Origin: Fimicolochytrium jonesii
Taxonomy: Eukaryota
Reading direction: 5' to 3'
NCBI RefSeq assembly: GCF_025526975.1
Contig: NW_026515685.1
Span: 310,001-374,000, forward strand
Length of the DNA: 64,000 nucleotides
The position numbers were made by a program, and so were the translations under genes. This document shows, in pieces, positions 27,247 through 40,613 of the stretch. How positions within the stretch are numbered: the first letter of the stretch is position 1; every line of letters starts with the position of its first letter. The notes beneath the pieces were generated by a model. It worked only from the letters and a program-made list of their open reading frames with translations, made no database searches and was not told the origin of the DNA.

Positions 27247-29150
27247 CTTTGCTTTGCTATGCTTGGCGGTTACGGTACGATGCTTTCAGGTGAAAGAGGT
27301 AGACTTTTCCGATGCTCTAAGGTTTCTTGGTTTTCCAAGAGGAACAGAAGGTCTCCCACGAGCAGGCCTGGGCCTTATATATGCCTGCCACTTGGTGCCC
27401 TCATTTGGTTGCCGTCGCCGACTTCCCGAACCCACAGCCCTCCATGTTCATTTTGCGTAGCCAGAGCGTCATGAGGGTTTTTTGACAGCCAGGTTCCATG
27501 CATAATATATGATATGAATGCCTTTTGGCATATATCCCCGGTCAATGGGGGTACCCCGTCATGGCTGGTTCCTGGTGATGTCATTATGCTGTCGCCCGTT
27601 GAACGATGCGGGATTTCGACAGCGCGTTGGCGCGTGCTTTTTTTTCCTAAGCCAGCCAGCTGCATGAGACCTTTCGACTGTGCAAGCAGATCCATCCGCA
27701 GGTGGACGTCCTTGACCGAGAACCGAGATATAATACGGTCACACTATACAAGGCTCTTAAAGGGTTCGGATATACCAGATATGTGAGCCCCGAACTTTGG
27801 TGGTTCAAAACGCTTTCGAAGTGCGGAATGATGCTCGTCGAGGCCGGACGGCCGTCTTGGCTTCTGTGGTTGCAAAGCAAGGCGACCGGTGCATGGGCTT
27901 TGCTTGCAATACATGGTGTCGAAATGCTCCTTCTGGCATGAATGAACCTTAACGTACATCCATTCAAGAGGTCCAATGGGCATCCTGCCCACATATGTGG
28001 GAGAACTTGGGAAGTCTTTTGCCGAACCTCGCACACATCTTTCTGCTTACCGTGTATATGTAGACGCGAGGATGTCCGATGCACATCTTGGTCGACTGCA
28101 AGTAGCAATTTGCCGCAATCAGTCCGACTCCACCTGCATGTGTGTGAAGCGCATTGAAAATCCTTCGAGGTATTTATCATCGGACGTTCAACGAGGGGAT
28201 GGGATAGTATACGGCTGGACACCAAACGAACAGCGTTATGCATCGCGTTGCCCGGAGGGTACAGTACGCATCGTCGGATTGGACGGATTGGACGGTGGAT
28301 GGGGTGAATCCATGTACGAGGTCCATGCACGGGGAGTCGGCGATCGCCACGGAACCTCACTCTGGTGAGTCTGGTCGTACTCCACCTGCACATGGGGTGT
28401 TGGCGAAAGTCGCAATCGATGCCAAATCCATCGAGTTTTTGCAAGTGCCATGCCCCACCCAACAAAAAAAAATGGATCTCCGCTAGATAGCTCAACACGA
28501 TTGGTTTCGATTTCCCGACCACCCAAACCCGTCGACTGGATCCAAAGTCCGCATCGAACGTCCACTAGTCACCAAGCTTTTTGTTCCAGCAAGCTGGACG
28601 CGCGTGAAGGATCCCGAGCGGAAAGACCGTTTTGCAGTCATCACTGTTTCACCGAATACTCGTGCAAGCTTGCATTGGGAGGCGTGTGGTGACGAGCGGG
28701 ACGGGTTAGTTATCAATTAGTGAGTCCGTATGGAGGGCGGCTTTGCTTTCCTGTGTGGTCTCCCGCCGTGGATCGTCTGTGTACGCAAGCGTGAATCACT
28801 CCCTGTCACTTCCCACCCGTCGAAAGAGTAGGACGCCAACGCGTCGTGCGGGAATCGCGCCTCCGAGGACAACTCGCCCAGAACTAGAACTGAGAGAAAG
28901 CACTCTCCGTGGTATGGGTTCCTACGGATACGTTGGGCAAATATCCACCACTAGCGAGAGGGTGAGAGAGAGAGAGGGAGAGAGAGAGAAGCAACGCTGG
29001 CCGTCGCTCCCGCATCTCAAGCAGCTGGCTGGACCCCCTCATTCTGCGGTCGTGTTCCTAGAGTCTAGAATACAAATACATACGTAGAAGTGGAACGCTG
29101 GCTCGTTTCTCCAACCGCTGTCCATATCCACCGCAAGCCTCCCGCCAGTC

Positions 29151-29875
29151 ATGGTCGCTTTCACACCGTCCCTTTCAGCCCTGCTGGCAGCGCTGCCATT
29201 CCTTCTCGGTCTCGCTCGTGCCGAAGTCGCCGCAACCGACGACTTATCAACCAACTCTACCCTCACCTGGGAACAGCAATACGGAGTCGTGGACGCCCCC
29301 GAATTCGCAATCTTTCCGTCCGACGGTAGCTCTCGCAAGAAGTATGTGCGGGCACCCCCCGGAGCTTTCCAAGGCCCACAAAGCGGCATTGGCTCTTGGT
29401 TTCGAGCGAACAGCAAATCGGATAGTACCACGGGAAAGAGTTGGTGCGGGTATAAGTACTCGGATTCGACGCCTGGGTTTGCACCGGTAAGGATCTTATC
29501 GTGCTTTGAGGTTATTCCAGTTGGCGGAATGTCTCTAACGAACCTTCTCGCTGTATACAGGACATCAGCCAAATGACCGAATGGACCAACGCCGTCTATC
29601 CAAACGCCAAGTGGTCCAAATACGCCAGCATGTACTGCGGCCGCGAAGCGCAAGTCACCGACCCCCAAACCGGAAAGACGAGCCTGCTCTTCATCACCGA
29701 TGCCTTCGACCACCAGTGGGTTAGGTCGCCCGGATCCATCGATATCCATCTGAACGCGTGGCGGAAATTGAAGAACTCGCAGACGAACGATAAGAACACC
29801 GTTATCAAGCCGGTGAACTGGCACCTTACTGGACGGATTAGTGCTCAGTATGCTTTCAAGGGGAAAGGGGGCTAG
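29151..29875 (+). CDS. Secreted RlpA-like double-psi beta-barrel (expansin/loosenin-like) protein
   Basis: Signal peptide; SWCGYKY, YCGREAQVTDPQTGKT, ITDAFD, SIDIHLNAW..L and VNW motifs; intron ~29487-29560. Confidence 0.65.
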
Positions 29876-30341
29876 GTGTAGGCGTAGGTGTAGAAAGATA
29901 GAGTAGAGTGTTTTGAAGGGCAAATCTCGGCAGCGTAGTGCCGTAGGGCACGGCATTTGTAATAGTTGTGGACGGTGTCGGGCATCCGCAGAGGTCCAGC
30001 TGGCTGGGTTACTGTTGGCGGCCTGTATGGGCAGCAAAAGACTTTCCGGCGTATTCCAGCGCTCCGTTCGAACGTCCTCTCTGTCAAATGCCGTGTGGTT
30101 CGTCAAAGTTTTGCATATCAATGAAATACACTGTCCCACACATCAAATTCAAAAGTCCAATACATGTACATGTGAGAACCCTCCAGGGGATAAATACATG
30201 CATCGCTCCAAGGTCCACCAATTCCAAAAACACCAACAGGAAAAACCTCCGATCCAAAAGCGAAAGCGAAGCACAAAGTTTACATCCCACTGTCTCCAAA
30301 TAACGCCCCTTTTCTAAATATCTCAACACCACATCGCCCAT

Positions 30342-32019
30342 TCAGTAAACCTGTCGCCCAATAACATCCACCTGAAACCCAATCTTCTTCATCTTGGTGG
30401 TATCCAGGATCAACCGTCCGTCGAAGATAAACGCGGGCTTGTTCATGTTGCGGTACACCTTCTCGTAGTCGAGCGTCTTGAACTCGTCCCATTCGGTTAG
30501 GATCACGACCGCGTCCACGTCCTGTGCACAGCTGTAGGCGTCGTGGTGGATGGTTACGTGCTTCTTGACTGTGAGGGGGGGAGAGAGAAGAGATGGGAGG
30601 GTTAGTGTTGCGATGGCGTGAGGACAGGATGGGGATGTATATTACGTACATTCAGCGGGTGTAGCGACACTCGGATCCGTCAGATCCATCTCGATCTGCG
30701 CATCGTCCACCTTCGGGTCATAGATATGCACGTTGGCCTTCTCCTTGATAAACTGCTTGACAAGCGTGATGGCCGCCGACTCCCTCGTATCCCCCGTATT
30801 CTTCTTGAACGCAAACCCATAGATCGCTAGATGCTTGTTGGTAACCGTGTTGAACAGCCGACGAATGACCAGCTCAAAGAACCGCGTCTTCTGGTACTCG
30901 TTCATTGTCACGATCTGCCGCCAGTAGTCCGCGACCTCGGGGAGATGCAGGCTCTCGGAGAGGTACACGAGGTTGAGGATATCTTTCTGGAAGCAGCTGC
31001 CGCCGAACCCGACGGATGCTTTGAGGAATTTCGGCCCGATGCGTGAGTCCAGCCCACAGGCGTGCGCGACCTCGTCCACATCCGCGCCGGTGGCTTCGCA
31101 GATGGCGCTGAGCGCATTGACGGAGGAGATACGTTGCGCGAGCAGCGCATTCGCGGCGAGTTTGGAAAGCTCCGACGACCACAGACCCATGGTGATGATG
31201 TTTGCGCGCGGCACCCAGTTGGCGTACACGGCCGCGAGCGCCTGCTGGGCCCGCTTCCCCTCCTCTGACTGCAACGACCCGATCAGCACACGGTCGGGTT
31301 TCAGCAGGTCGGGGATCGCCGTGCCCTCGGCCAGAAACTCCGGGTTGGAGAGGATATCGAAATGGATGTTTTCGCGTGAGTTGGCCTCCAGGATCGCGCG
31401 CATGCTCTCTGCGGTCCGGCACGGCACGGTCGATTTCTCCACCACAATCTTGGAGCTTGTCGCGATCCGCGCGATGCGGCGGGTGGCGGACTCGACATAC
31501 GCGAGGTCGGCCGCGAGCCCGGCGCCGATGCCTGATTTCTTGGTGGGCGTGTTGACGGAGACGAAGATGAGGTCGGCTTCGAGGATGCCCTTGTCGACGT
31601 CGGAAGAGAAGAAGAGGTTGCGGCCGCGGCAGGCGCGCACGATCTCGTCCAGCCCGGGCTCGTAGATGGGGAGCGTGTCGGAGTTCCAGGCCGCGATGCG
31701 CTCGGCGTTGAGGTCGACGATAGTGACTTGAATGTGCGGGCATTTGAATGCGATTACCGAGCAGGTTGGGCCGCCTGGTGAGAATGAGAAAGAGGAGAGT
31801 TTGTGTCAAAGAACGGGTTACGACGAAAAGTGTACTTCGTGCACCCAGACTGCACGCGTTTTGAGCGCCGACGACGTTCGGACGAGAGCATCGCGCGTCG
31901 AAAAACGTGTGGGGCCATGATCGACACACCGGAAGGGAACACTCACCGACATAGCCAGCCCCAATACAACAAATCTTGGTAACGGTAGTCATATTGCTCT
32001 CTTTGGTAACGGTAGCCAT
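30342..32019 (-). CDS. UGDH: UDP-glucose 6-dehydrogenase
   Basis: [49 protein letters not shown], catalytic [10 protein letters not shown] and [14 protein letters not shown]; 2 introns. Confidence 0.96.
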
Positions 32020-33710
32020 CTTCGCTCAATAATAACGTTCAACGCAGGTGGCCAGGTAGATAGAAAAAAACGACGGAACGTATAGTCCGAGAAGATGGCA
32101 ATGGCGAAACCCAACAAAGATCGCAAAACTCAGAGGAAAATCCAGGAAGTAAGAAAGAGCTAGCACAGGGCACCCGTGGGTTTTATGGGTCTGAAGCGGA
32201 ACTCGATTTCAGAAGGGAGGCTGGTAGAGGAGTGACAAAACGATGTTCAATCCGGTGAACGCCCAAATTGCAAATCCGACAACTCTATTTCAGCAGCCCA
32301 AAGAGGGTCCCGGCAGCCAAATCTACAACTCCCATAATCACAAACCCCATACGGGAAAGCCAAGACACGTTCACGGGCATTGAAGCGGGCGAAGGAAAGA
32401 ACGTTTTTCGAGGACGGCCTACGCGTGGTGGGGCAAGGGTTCGATAGTTCGACAATCAAGGGGGAAAACAGCTGCAACGCGTCAATTGGATTAGGTAAGC
32501 ACGAAGGCGTCGAAGGGGTCTTGGCTGGGTTTGCAAAGGGTGCAGAAGAGATATTATCCGGTGGGAAATGCGAAGTGCTTTGCAATAGTGGGAAGACGAC
32601 ACTGTTTGCTTGGATAAGATATAAAATAGCTTTGTGGCGTCCACACAGCGTTATGGTAATAATAAGGAGTGTGTGTAGTACAGTAACGCACGGCTTCAGG
32701 GATGTTTAGCGTCCGTTTTGGCATCAAGCTGCGGCTTGATCAGTCGTCCTAAGGCATTTCCAAGTGGGTCTCAGCCGAGTGACTTCCATATCCCGGCCAT
32801 TGTATAGATAGCACGCCATATTTCAACAATGTATGTATGTAAAAGATGAACATGTACAGATTTGGGATATGGCGCAGGTTGCGCCTTCGGATAACGGCCT
32901 ACTGTGGCTGTTCCCGACATCAAGTGTTCGTTCGATTGTGGGCGAGTACGTGGGGAGTTGGGGTATGTTCTGTTTGGGAGGACATGTGAGAACAGTATTC
33001 AGATGCTCATAGCTTGGGGAAATCCTGTCTCAGAGAAAAGAGCACCTCAGTATAACTCCATTAAGCATTCGGATCCAGCCACGTGACCAAGGACGGCACC
33101 GCTCGCTCGCTCCAATGTGCCTGCCTAATGAATGGCGGGTATGGACCACGAAACCGGTTCCCACACGAATCAACTCATAAGGTAAGGAAGGAAGCTGACC
33201 ATCCATCCATCCATCCATCCATCACAGCCATCCGTCGGCAGAGAGCGTACGTTGGCGCAGGGACGAGAGAGGGGCCGAATGAAGAGGGCAGGCGGAAGCT
33301 ATGAACGATTGGCCGAGGGTTGGAAATGGAGGGCGACATGCGGAACGAGCATGGACAACGAAGCGGCAGGATGCGAAATACGAGTGTCTTTCGAAAGGAA
33401 ATTCTGGGGCATTGCAACAGATCATCGAGCGGCAGACGGAGAGAAGGCCTCAGGCGGTCATGCAGTGGGTGTGGGAATTGCGGATTGCGAATTGCGAATT
33501 TGCCGTCTACGGCGGAGGCGTGCTTTGGAACGACGGAAGTAGAGTGGGAATAGCGACGACGACTGCGAGAGCGGAATGGGGGCGGGTGGAAAAGACGGCG
33601 ACTCTACTCACCGTCTGGAAGGGCAAAATTCAGAAACGGAGGTCTGGGAATGGGAATGAATGCTCATCACTTGCATTCCCGTTTCAAATTCACAGTGGAA
33701 AACGTCAGAA

Positions 33711-34493
33711 ATGGCCCACGCCCCCGTCAACTCCGCCATCGTGCCCGGCGTCAGCCGTTTCTCTCGCTCGGCTTCTTACGCCAAGAAGGCCCTCTTCAAG
33801 AAGGAGAAGAAGACCGTCGCGGCTAAGGCTTCTGCCCCGGCGTCCCACAAGACCGTCGAGGTCGGTGGTGCCAAGAACGGAAAGTCCCGCAACGTCCCCG
33901 TCGCAAAGGCTTCCCGTTGGTACCTCGCTGAGGATGCGCCAGTCCCCAAGAAGTCCCGCAAGGCCCCCAAGCCCGCTAAGCTTCGCGCGTCCATCACCCC
34001 CGGCACCGTCTTGATCGTTCTGTCCGGAAAGTACCGTGGAAAGCGTGTTGTCTTCCTGAAGCAGCTCGAGACTGGCCTTCTGCTCGTCACCGGACCCCAC
34101 AAGGCCAACGGTGTCCCCATCCGTCGTGTCAACCAGGCCTACGTGATCGCCACCTCCACCAAGATTGACATCTCTGGTGTCAACACGGAGAAGTTCACCG
34201 ACGCCTACTTCAACAAGGAGAAGGACGCCAAGAAGGGTGCGACTGAGGAGGCTTTGTTCGACGCCAAGCAGGTTGGTGTTGATTTTATTTTCAGTTCTCA
34301 TGATCGCATATTGCTCACATAGCTTTACGCAATTCTACAGAAGAAGGCTACCCCCGCCTCCCGTGTTTCGGACCAGAAGGAGGTTGACAAGGCCATCCTT
34401 GCCGTCCTCAAGAAGGATCGTGTGTTGAAGTCTTACTTGAACGCCAGCTTCGCTTTGTCCCGAGGGCAATTCCCCCACTTGTTGAAGTTCTAA
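33711..34493 (+). CDS. RPL6: 60S ribosomal protein eL6
   Basis: [52 protein letters not shown] and a PHLLKF* end; intron 34272-34340; strong codon bias. Confidence 0.97.
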
Positions 34494-35086
34494 ACCGACC
34501 GTCGACATCTGTGTGGAAAATTTGAGAGTGAATGAAAAAGTTGTAATGGGGGTGGTCCAATACGAATTCTGTACATAACATCGTTATGTTCACGTTCCCG
34601 ACAATTTGAAGAGTTCGATCCCCCGGTCTTTTCCATTCTCTTGTTCGGTTTCGATTGAAGTGAAGGGCTCCAGAGGAGGTAGATGCGCAATGGGCGGAAT
34701 GGAAGATGGAGAGGCGGAAGTAGACCACCGCTTTCGTCATGAGGTCTTCTGGACGTCTGTAGAAGCATTTTGTTTTGGAAATTACATGGCGTTTGTCCAC
34801 ACAACTTGGAGGAATGGAGGGGTATGGCTTTCAGACGCTGTGTGGTTACCGGTGGGAGTGCGATTGTCGGGGGGTATTGGCAGCGGGGCTGCAGCGGATC
34901 AACCTCGTAACAGGCGTCGTCGAGTGATGTCCATGCCCTCTCCCGGCACATTCCATGTCCGCCTACATATATAGGCACAGTTCATATTCGCAACATTTAC
35001 AAGGGTATGGCTATGTACAAGGAACTACGCAAACTACACAAAACTCCGATACACAACCCGAAGGGTATCCGTACATGTGACACCCC

Positions 35087-37250
35087 TCAATGCAACTCCC
35101 CACCCCTCTCAAACATCATCTTTTCCCTCTTCGCCCTCTCCTTTTCCTCCCTCATCTCCTCCATCCCCCTCTTCCTCTCCTCCTCCCTCTCCCTCGCCCC
35201 TCTCCGCAACTTCGTCAGCACATCCGCCGCCTTGCCCTTCGTCCACCCGTCATAATTCTCCACTCTCATCTTCTTCAAATACTCTATCTGCGCGTTGGTC
35301 GGGGCCTCACGGCGCCACGGGGCGGAACGGAAGATGTGCGGCGAGGCGAGGCCGTGGGTGCGGAGGTAGGTTTCTGCGGAGTGTAGCGCGAGCCGGAAGT
35401 CGTCGAGGGTGCCGAGGGAGGTGCGTTTCGTGAAGAAACGGGGTTTGCGCGGGTTGTGGAGGTGTTTGTAGGAGGAGGCGATTTCTATCAGGTGTTCGAG
35501 GGTTACGTCGCACAGCAGCTCGCCTGAATCGGGATGGGAAGGGATGAGTGGGGGCTTATGTGTACAAAGCGCGAACCGTGTGTATGTTGCCTTACCGTCC
35601 GGCCCGTTCTTCTGGGTAACCAGCACGGCCTTCCTCTTCTGCACCTCCAACGCGCAACTGGCCGGCCCTGTCCTCACCCACGCCATTTTGGTCTTCATCC
35701 TCCTAAACTCCTCCGCCTCGGTATCAAACACCTCATGTTTTGGCACCTCGTCAAACAAAAACGGAGACGAAAAGAACACCACGCCGGTCCGATATGTGTA
35801 CATCTGCGCGACCCGCTCGATCTCCTCCATGTTGGCGTACTGGTGTAGATCGTACCCCGCGAGCCGGTACCGTTCGGTCGCTTCGTTGACTTTGCGCACG
35901 GATTTGCCTGCGAAATCAAAGTCGCGGGAGAGGCCGAGGAGGGTGGGGACGGTCGCGAGGGAAGTGTGGGCGTTGACGTTGTCGCAGATGTCGATGATGC
36001 GGCAGGAGGTCTTCCCTGTGGCGGGGGAGGTTCGCAGGCCGCGCCCGATCATTTGCTGGAGTAGGCCGACGGACCGCGTGGGTCGGCCGAGTATCACACA
36101 GTCGATTTTGGGGATATCTACGCCTTCTGTCAGAATCCCGCAGTTGATGAGGACCGGGACGTCCCCATTCCTGAACGACTCGAGCGCTGTGGCCCGTTCG
36201 AGTGGTTTCAAGTCGCTATACACGACTGCAACGGGCACGCCATTATCCTCAAACTCCTTCTGGATGTGCTTGATATGCTGTACATCGACCGCAAAGATGA
36301 CGGTGGATTTACACCCATGCTTCTCATACGCCTCCTGCCATCCCTCCGTAATCGCTCTATTCCGCCTTATGACATCCACGCGCTCCCTCAACTTCTTAAT
36401 ATCGAAGTCGGGTCCAGTAGACGGTAAATCCTCCAAGGATACATCCGAGTGTAAGCGGTGGTAAGTAGCATCGCACAGCCAGCCTTCGTCCATCATCTGC
36501 TTAATGGACCGATGGAACACGATCTCGTCGAAGGCGGATTTGAGCGTCACCCCGTCATGCCGGCGCACCGTCGCCGTGCATCCCCACACCAGCACGGGCG
36601 ATTCAGGCACATCGGCGCCAAAATGCTTGAGGATGCGTTGGTAGGTAACCGCCGCAGTATGATGCGCCTCGTCGATCACGATCGCTTTGTAGAGGGACGG
36701 ATCGAACCTCGGTTCTTGCAGCCGGGTGGATCCTCCTCGTCCTAGGCTGTTGACTGAGGCGAAGATGACGTCTGCGTCGTCTTGCGCTCTTTTTGAACCT
36801 TCTTCTACGTCGGGAATCAGGTGGGGGAAGTCCCGCTTCAGGGTGAGGCGGGCTTGTTGTATCAGCTCGGTTTTGTGGGCGAGGACTAGCGTTTTGGTGG
36901 CTTTGGGTGTTGGCGGCGGGATTCGCGAGATGAGGTTTGTGAAGATGGTGGTTTTTCCACTTGCGACGGGTAGACTGACAAGCTTTAAGGAATCAACACA
37001 CTGTTCCTGCAGAAAACGAAGGCTACTCCATTACCTGCCGCCTCACGCCATTCTGGAAAGCCTGCAAACAAGTCGTTATACATTCCTCTTGATAATCTCG
37101 CAGTTTGATAGGATTTATATGTGGGGGCGTAGGCGACTCGGCGACAGCCGCCGCTGCAGAGCTGTAGAGCCGACTCCTCCGTATGGAGAACAATCGGATG
37201 GGGAACCGCATTCTTGAAGCTGGGTTGAAGTGGAATGCCATCTTGCGCAT
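35087..37250 (-). CDS. IRC3: SF2 DExD/H helicase, IRC3-like (probably mitochondrial)
   Basis: KLRDYQEEC Q-motif, SGKTT, DEAHH, GCTATVRRHDG, LTEGVDIPKID, QMIGRGLR and C-terminal WRREAPTNAQ..TKGKAADVLTKL. The N-terminus is Arg-rich and presequence-like. Confidence 0.85.
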
Positions 37251-38231
37251 GTCCCAACGCGTGAACGAGGCGGCCCAAGTCCGAAACCAGCTTCAAAGGG
37301 GGAGACTTACTACTAGCCTGCAGCTGAGCTGGCTTGAAATCCCTGAATGATAGGATGTGGATGGCGGGGTTGCCTGGAGTTCTCATAAAGCGTCTACGCA
37401 TTCCTCAGTCTATGACCGAAAGGACTCGCTCTCCGCAAACGTCTCTCCGCCGGCGCGTGAGCGTGTCCGAACCCACCCCGCACACAAATGAACCCTACAC
37501 CAGCTGCATCGCGCGATTGCACGTACAGTAAGAGAGCCAAATCTAAGTCGTCCCAAACAGTAGCATGCGGCGGCGGGCTTTTCAGAGATTCATTCTCCTT
37601 GTTTGTTGCCGAAGTTCGTTTGAAGCTTAAAATGTTGGGAGGGCCTGGAAAGCCTTTCAAGAACTCTGATGACGCGCCGCACGTAAGCAATCGGAAATAG
37701 AGGTGACGGCAAAACGTCAAAACGCAATAAGAGTTAGCTGCCAGCACATCTGGGGCCAAGACCCAAGACAAATGCGTGCGTGCCAAGTACGCGCATGAGA
37801 CTCGCCAACTTTTTCAAAGTTAGCCAACCTGCCCTACTTCACCATCGCCTAGCGAAAAACATTCCTTATCCGGACGAAGAAATCGCTTTGCAAGGCCTGT
37901 CGACCATTGACCAAATTGAGACACCCCGTGCGGCACAAAGGCGCCGCTAGAGTGATCAATAGAGAGAAAGAGCGCCAAGCATACGGCACTCGTCGGAACA
38001 ACTCCCAGCACGAGGCCTCGGCGAGGACCCTGCTGTTACACTTACAAGTAGCTGCCAGCAAAACCTAAGCGCTCAGGTCTCGCTTTGACATCACTTTTAT
38101 TGACAGGTGAGGCCTGGGATTCTTATTTTTGTCATTGGAACCTATGGGGAAAGAAAGATCTTTCATATGACGAGTACTCAAACGGCACACCATCTCAGAT
38201 CCCTCTCATCGCAACCGGGCCGAATCCAAAG

Positions 38232-38882
38232 ATGGGCAAAAAAGCGCCAAACCGAAGCGACCTCCCACTGCACAAAATCATCATGGTCGGCTCCGGCGGC
38301 GTCGGCAAATCCGCGCTCACCCTCCAGTACATGTATGGCGACTTCATCGAAGAATACGACCCGACAAAAGCCGACTCGTACCGAAAAAAAGTCATGCTGG
38401 AGTCGTCAGGGGGCGGCGGGGCGGGCGGGACTGCTGGGAGCGGCCCCCAAACAGAATGCTTCATTGATATCCTCGACACGGCCGGACAGGAGGAGTACGC
38501 GGCCATTCGGGATAATTACTACCGTTCTGGCGAGGGTTTTCTGTGCGTGTTTTCGATCTGCGAGCATGAGTCGTTTGTGCACACGCAGGAGTTTCGGGAT
38601 CAGATTTGTCGGGTGTTGGATGACGAGGCTGTGCCGTTTGTGTTAGTGGGGAATAAGGCGGATTTGGGGCATTTGAGGAAGGTGCAGGCGAGGGAAGGCG
38701 AGGCGAAGGCGAGGGAGTGGGGGTGCCCGTACATTGAGACGAGTGCAAAGACCCGACAAAATGTGGAGGAGGCATATCAGACTTTGATGCGGAAAATCAG
38801 GGATCGGAAGGAGGCCAAAGGTGGGGGCAAGTCGACTGGGGGGAAGACCGCCAAGAAGTCGAAAGGCTGTTTGATTCTGTGA
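38232..38882 (+). CDS. RAL: Ral-subfamily small GTPase, intronless
   Basis: [39 protein letters not shown] (Ral-type effector loop), [31 protein letters not shown], polybasic tail and CLIL CaaX. Confidence 0.88.
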   Translation: MGKKAPNRSDLPLHKIIMVGSGGVGKSALTLQYMYGDFIEEYDPTKADSYRKKVMLESSGGGGAGGTAGSGPQTECFIDILDTAGQEEYAAIRDNYYRSGEGFLCVFSICEHESFVHTQEFRDQICRVLDDEAVPFVLVGNKADLGHLRKVQAREGEAKAREWGCPYIETSAKTRQNVEEAYQTLMRKIRDRKEAKGGGKSTGGKTAKKSKGCLIL

Positions 38883-39307
38883 TGTTCGTATCGAGAAAGA
38901 TTCCGCGCGAATCGTGCCTGTGAGACATCGTCGGGCACAACAGCGTAGGCCGAGGGGAATAACATACCCTCCGAAGACCGGCTGTCGCTCAACTTCTCAT
39001 TGTCATACCCTCCCACAATCCACCGGCACATGTAGACGATGGGTCATCAAGGATAGATGTATGATGCTTGCTTTTCCTTTCTTCTTGTGTAAATACATGA
39101 ACTGTTCGCCTTAATGAGAGGCAGTACATTCAACATTGCTCGTTGTAAGCTAGTGTGGCTAAGTGTTTGAGCGTGGGGGCCGCCGATAGCAGCCACTAAA
39201 CCGGTAATCCCCATTTCATTTCCAAAATTTTATGCTATCTACATAGGTTGCAGCTGGAGTCCTAGCCAAGCTGCATGAAAGACAATAAATCGTTTCGCCT
39301 TTCCATA

Positions 39308-40293
39308 TCAGGCCCTGGTATCCATCGCATCTGCACAAGTCGAACCCCTGGCGTGAGCCCATATCATAGAAAAGGACATCATTTGTGGTTTCTCACCTTT
39401 CCCTTCCTCCTCCATAAGCATTCCCTCTTCCTCCTCCTCCTCTTGCGGCGGTGTAGGCGGCTCTTCCGCATAGCTTTCCTCCAAATTCCTCGCCTCATCC
39501 GCCTGCCTATCATCCGCAATGGCGTCCTGTATCTCATGTATCGCAGTGACCAGGGTCAACAACTGCTTCCGTCGAAGTTCCTGCTTTTGTCGCACTGTTT
39601 CTGTTTCGTTTATCGTTTTCTCGATCTTGACTTTCAGCTTCGCGGCGGTTCTGAATTTGGAATACATCAGCACGGTGCGTAAAGGTTGAAGAACGAGAAC
39701 GTAACTCACTCTATGCTCTTCCCTCGTCGAGGGAACCCTAGTATCTTCTCTGCCAAAGCGTCGTACTGCAGTTTGTTTGCCCTTATCCGCTGCGCTTCTA
39801 TCAACTGCTCTTTGAGAATCGCAAGGTCCTTCGTCCGTTGTTCGATGTCCAAGGCTGAAGTGGCGCGAAGTCTGTGAATGGTTTTACTCAGAGATAAACG
39901 AATACGACTCTTAAACTCTCACCAATCTGCTCTTTCGCCTCATCATATCGCCGTATTTCTTTCTCAGTCATATCATGTATAAGCTGGTGTTTCTGCAGCC
40001 CCACCTCGAGTTGAGCGAGGTCCCCAAGGAAGAGGGTTCTGCACTCTACCATTAGCCTTAATCAAAGCGAAAATAGAGAGAATTCTCTGCGGCAACTTAC
40101 GAGTCATTCTCCTTCCCGGAAGCCCCTTGTAAGATATACCGGCGAATGCATTTCTTCAGCTGTCGGTTATCGAATAACAGGCGGTTTTTCACAATGGAAT
40201 CTGGAGCCGAAATAAAGTGATGTGAGCATAATATATACGACGCACAGGTTGCTCAAGCCCTCCGCTATGCGCACCTTCTGTTACTGCTGCCAT
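39308..40293 (-). CDS. THOC7: THO complex subunit 7 (Thoc7/Mft1), multi-exon
   Basis: LKEQLIEAQRIRANKLQYDALAEKILGFPRR and ELRRKQLLTLVTAIHEIQ match the THOC7 pattern (AKRIRKNRQEYDALAK..P.R; ELRRKQF..L...IHELQ); acidic tail. Confidence 0.8.
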
Positions 40294-40386
40294 GTTTGCC
40301 AGTTCGGAGTGTGTTGGTTCTGTCTCAGCCGATGATCGTCCAGTCGAGAATGGGAAGGGGAAGTCAACGCTTTCAACACTGCAACA

Positions 40387-40398
40387 GTCACGTGACTC
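40387..40398. promoter_or_regulatory. Palindromic E-box GTCACGTGAC(TC) in the THOC7/RPA190 divergent promoter
   Basis: 227 nt upstream of the RPA190 ATG, within a 320-bp bidirectional intergenic region. Confidence 0.55.
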
Positions 40399-40613
40399 GC
40401 GAACAGAAACTGTCAAACGGGATTGACTTTTGGAAGGTCGTTTGCATTCACACCCCCTTCTGGCATTACCGATCGACACTGGCCAGGACCCAATAGAACT
40501 TCAGGCATCGAGAGGACAGCACGACGACGTCGCCTGCGGTTTCTCAGTACAACAAGCTGCCGGTTCGGCTCTAAGGGGGCGTGGACACGGTGTCTTTTGG
40601 AATTTAGTCGAAA

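Noticed and set aside
27500..28700. Overlapping 80-290 aa ORFs on both strands
   Set aside because: No motif I can recognise. A degenerate gene is possible but cannot be supported.
28964..33504. (GA)n at ~28964-28989, (CCAT)n at ~33199-33222 and the ATTGCGA-like 7-mer repeat at ~33475-33500
   Set aside because: Ordinary simple repeats with no evidence of function.
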